Positions 62,008 to 64,000 of a stretch of DNA of 64,000 nucleotides are shown piece by piece. The notes under the pieces are model-generated. The model did not search any database, had not been told where the DNA came from, and saw nothing but the letters and a program-made list of their open reading frames with translations. Position 1 is the stretch's first letter. Each line of letters starts with the position of its first letter. The stretch is from Malacoraja senta (taxonomy: Eukaryota): the NCBI GenBank assembly GCA_038087875.1, contig CM075992.1:11720001-11784000 (forward strand), given 5' to 3'. The position numbers and the translations under genes were made by a program.

Positions 62008-63115
62008 GTCGGGGGGAAGTTCCCCCCGCTACGGGTACCATGTAATCCCATGCTACCTGCTGCATGGTCGGATAGTCGGCCCCACCTGCTTTGCCAGGTG
62101 AGGAGGGGGCTGCGGACCCCCAGCAGGACCAAAAACAAGACCTGTCAAAGGTCGGATGAACTCCTAGCGAGCCAACGGCCATCCACACTTCAGTAGAAGT
62201 TGCGATCACTGTCGTACATAGCATTGTAATGAACGATGATAAAGCACACACACCAAAATCCTATACTTCCAGCGGCAGGAACTTTGCAGCTGTTCGAGGT
62301 TCTGGCCCATCTGGGCACCATGATGATGGGTCTTTAAACCCTGGATACACCCCGGGGAGGGATCAGTCTGACTTCAGGACTACAGCGGTTGCACCCGTTC
62401 TAAAGGGCAAGAAGTTATTGATGTTTTCATCTTTCAACGCTTTAACTATTCGTGAAGAGTCAAGGTCTACCGAGATGGCAGCGTGTAGTCGGTGATGCAG
62501 GGTTGATGTCCTGGGCATTCAAGAGCATCGTCGTGCCCACCGAGACATGGAGATCAGGTTTGACAAAGCGGATGGCATGGACCTCATCACATGGTCAGCG
62601 TGGAGAGGTCCTGTAAACAACTCTGCTCAGGGAGGAGTGGGTCTGCCATTGAGTCGGAGAGCAAGAAGCGCGCTGCAGGGTGTCCACTCTGTCAGTCCTC
62701 GAGTCCTTATTGCTGAGTTTAGTGGTAACCCTGTCACCACTGTTATAGTATGCTACTCCCCTCACAACAGCAGCCCTGAGGCCAAAGTGGAACAATTCTA
62801 CTCTGTCCTCCAAGTTGCGATGGAGTGAGTACATGTGCACAATTTTCTGGCTGTGCTTGGGGACTTCAATGTCCGCCTCAGACTGGAGGATGCCTGTTAC
62901 ATCTATCACACTGGTGACACTAACCGGAATGGTCAACAACTAGGTGGCTTTCTCCAGGAGTATAGAAACCTAGCAGCCAACATCATGTTCAAAATGCACC
63001 AAGGAAAGCTGTGGACACATCAGGACCGGTGCACAGAAGAAAAGCGCCAGCTAGATTACATCCTGGTGCAACGTAAATGGCACAACAGTGTCATGGACGC
63101 TGAAGCGTACAGCAC
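62008..63115 (+). mobile_element. RTE-clade LINE, 5'UTR and endonuclease (inverted relative to the RT part)
   Basis: LGIQEHR, GGVG, YSPHN, LGDFN, NRNG, QLDYILV. Confidence 0.85.
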
Positions 63116-63254
63116 AATCCGGGTGTCTGGAGCCGTAAGGCAGCAACTCTACCCTTGCATCACTGTGCCAGCCCTGTGTTATTGGCAAACTTACTATCCA
63201 ACCAATCTATGTTAATGTCCAAATCATTTATGTATATCGCAAACACCAGGGCGG

Positions 63255-63580
63255 CAGGGTGGCGGCCTTACAGCATAGTTAGAGTTGCTGCCTTACAGCG
63301 CTCGCAGTGCCGGAGGCCCAGGTTCGATCCCGACTATGGGTGCTGTATGTACAGAGTTTGTACGTTCTCCCTGTGGCCTGCATGGGGTTTCTCTCAGATC
63401 TTCGGTTTTCTCCCGCATTCCAAAGACGTACAGGTAAGTAGGTTAATTGGCTTGGTAAATGTAAATGTATTCCTAGTGTGTAGGATAGTGTTAATGTGCA
63501 GGGATCTCTGGTTGCCATGGACCCGGAGGGCCGATGGGCCTGTTTCATAACTGCATCTCTAAACTAAACTATAAATTAAA
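63255..63580 (+). mobile_element. HE1/V-SINE-like SINE
   Basis: GGTTCGATCCC B-box; (ctaaa)n tail. Confidence 0.8.
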
Positions 63581-64000
63581 CACAGATGTCCCAGCACAGT
63601 TCCCTGTGGAACACTATTGGTCACAGGTCTCCAGCCACTCCCCATAACCCTCTGTCTCCCATCAGTAAGCCAGTTAAACCTCTTCCTGCCTGTCCATCCT
63701 TGAAGATTTACTGCTCATAACCTCTATCTTCCCATCACTTCTTCCATTTGCAGATCCTCTGCCCTGGTTACCACAGCTGTGCACAGTTTTTCCTTCCTTT
63801 ATTTAAAAATGATCCAGTGGCATTAGAGACAGTCGAATAAATAGTTAATTGTATTATGCAGGAAGGAACTGGATATGCTGGTTTACACTAAAGATCGACA
63901 CAAAATGTTGGAGTCACATCGCACCCTTCCATATCTCTATGTCTCCCTCTCCTCTGACTCTCAGTCTGAAGAAGGGTCACAAACTGAAACAACACCCATT

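Noticed and set aside
48805..64000. GAIN/GPS or EGF exons of the receptor
   Set aside because: No C-x-C-x-HLSSFAxLM-type or EGF-like exon was recognised; they probably lie beyond the window, though a small exon could have been missed.

Overview
Repeat-dense eukaryotic (non-microbial) DNA. The CR1 LINE, HE1/V-SINE-like and Penelope content suggests a cartilaginous fish, possibly a skate or ray (inference). The host gene is an adhesion GPCR of the ADGRE (EMR/CD97) type on the minus strand. Six exons (48804 down to 7187) encode TM1-TM7 and part of the C-tail with canonical, phase-consistent GT-AG junctions; the GAIN/GPS exons were not found and probably lie beyond 64 kb. Almost everything else is intronic transposon sequence. 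Most informative features: (1) Four DIRS1-like tyrosine-recombinase retrotransposons. One decayed copy is nested inside a nearly intact copy, removing it restores the reading frame, and a paralogous empty site in the window shows integration by recombination at an ATT core. (2) A probable 8.7-kb intronic inversion (about 52370-61080) whose reversal rejoins a split RTE element to the codon and puts a split CR1 in order. (3) A CR1 with an uninterrupted ORF2 and an extra structured 3'UTR module. (4) Penelope-derived repeats with minimal hammerhead cores. (5) A hAT-like element with several long hairpins. Boundaries of old TE fragments are approximate.
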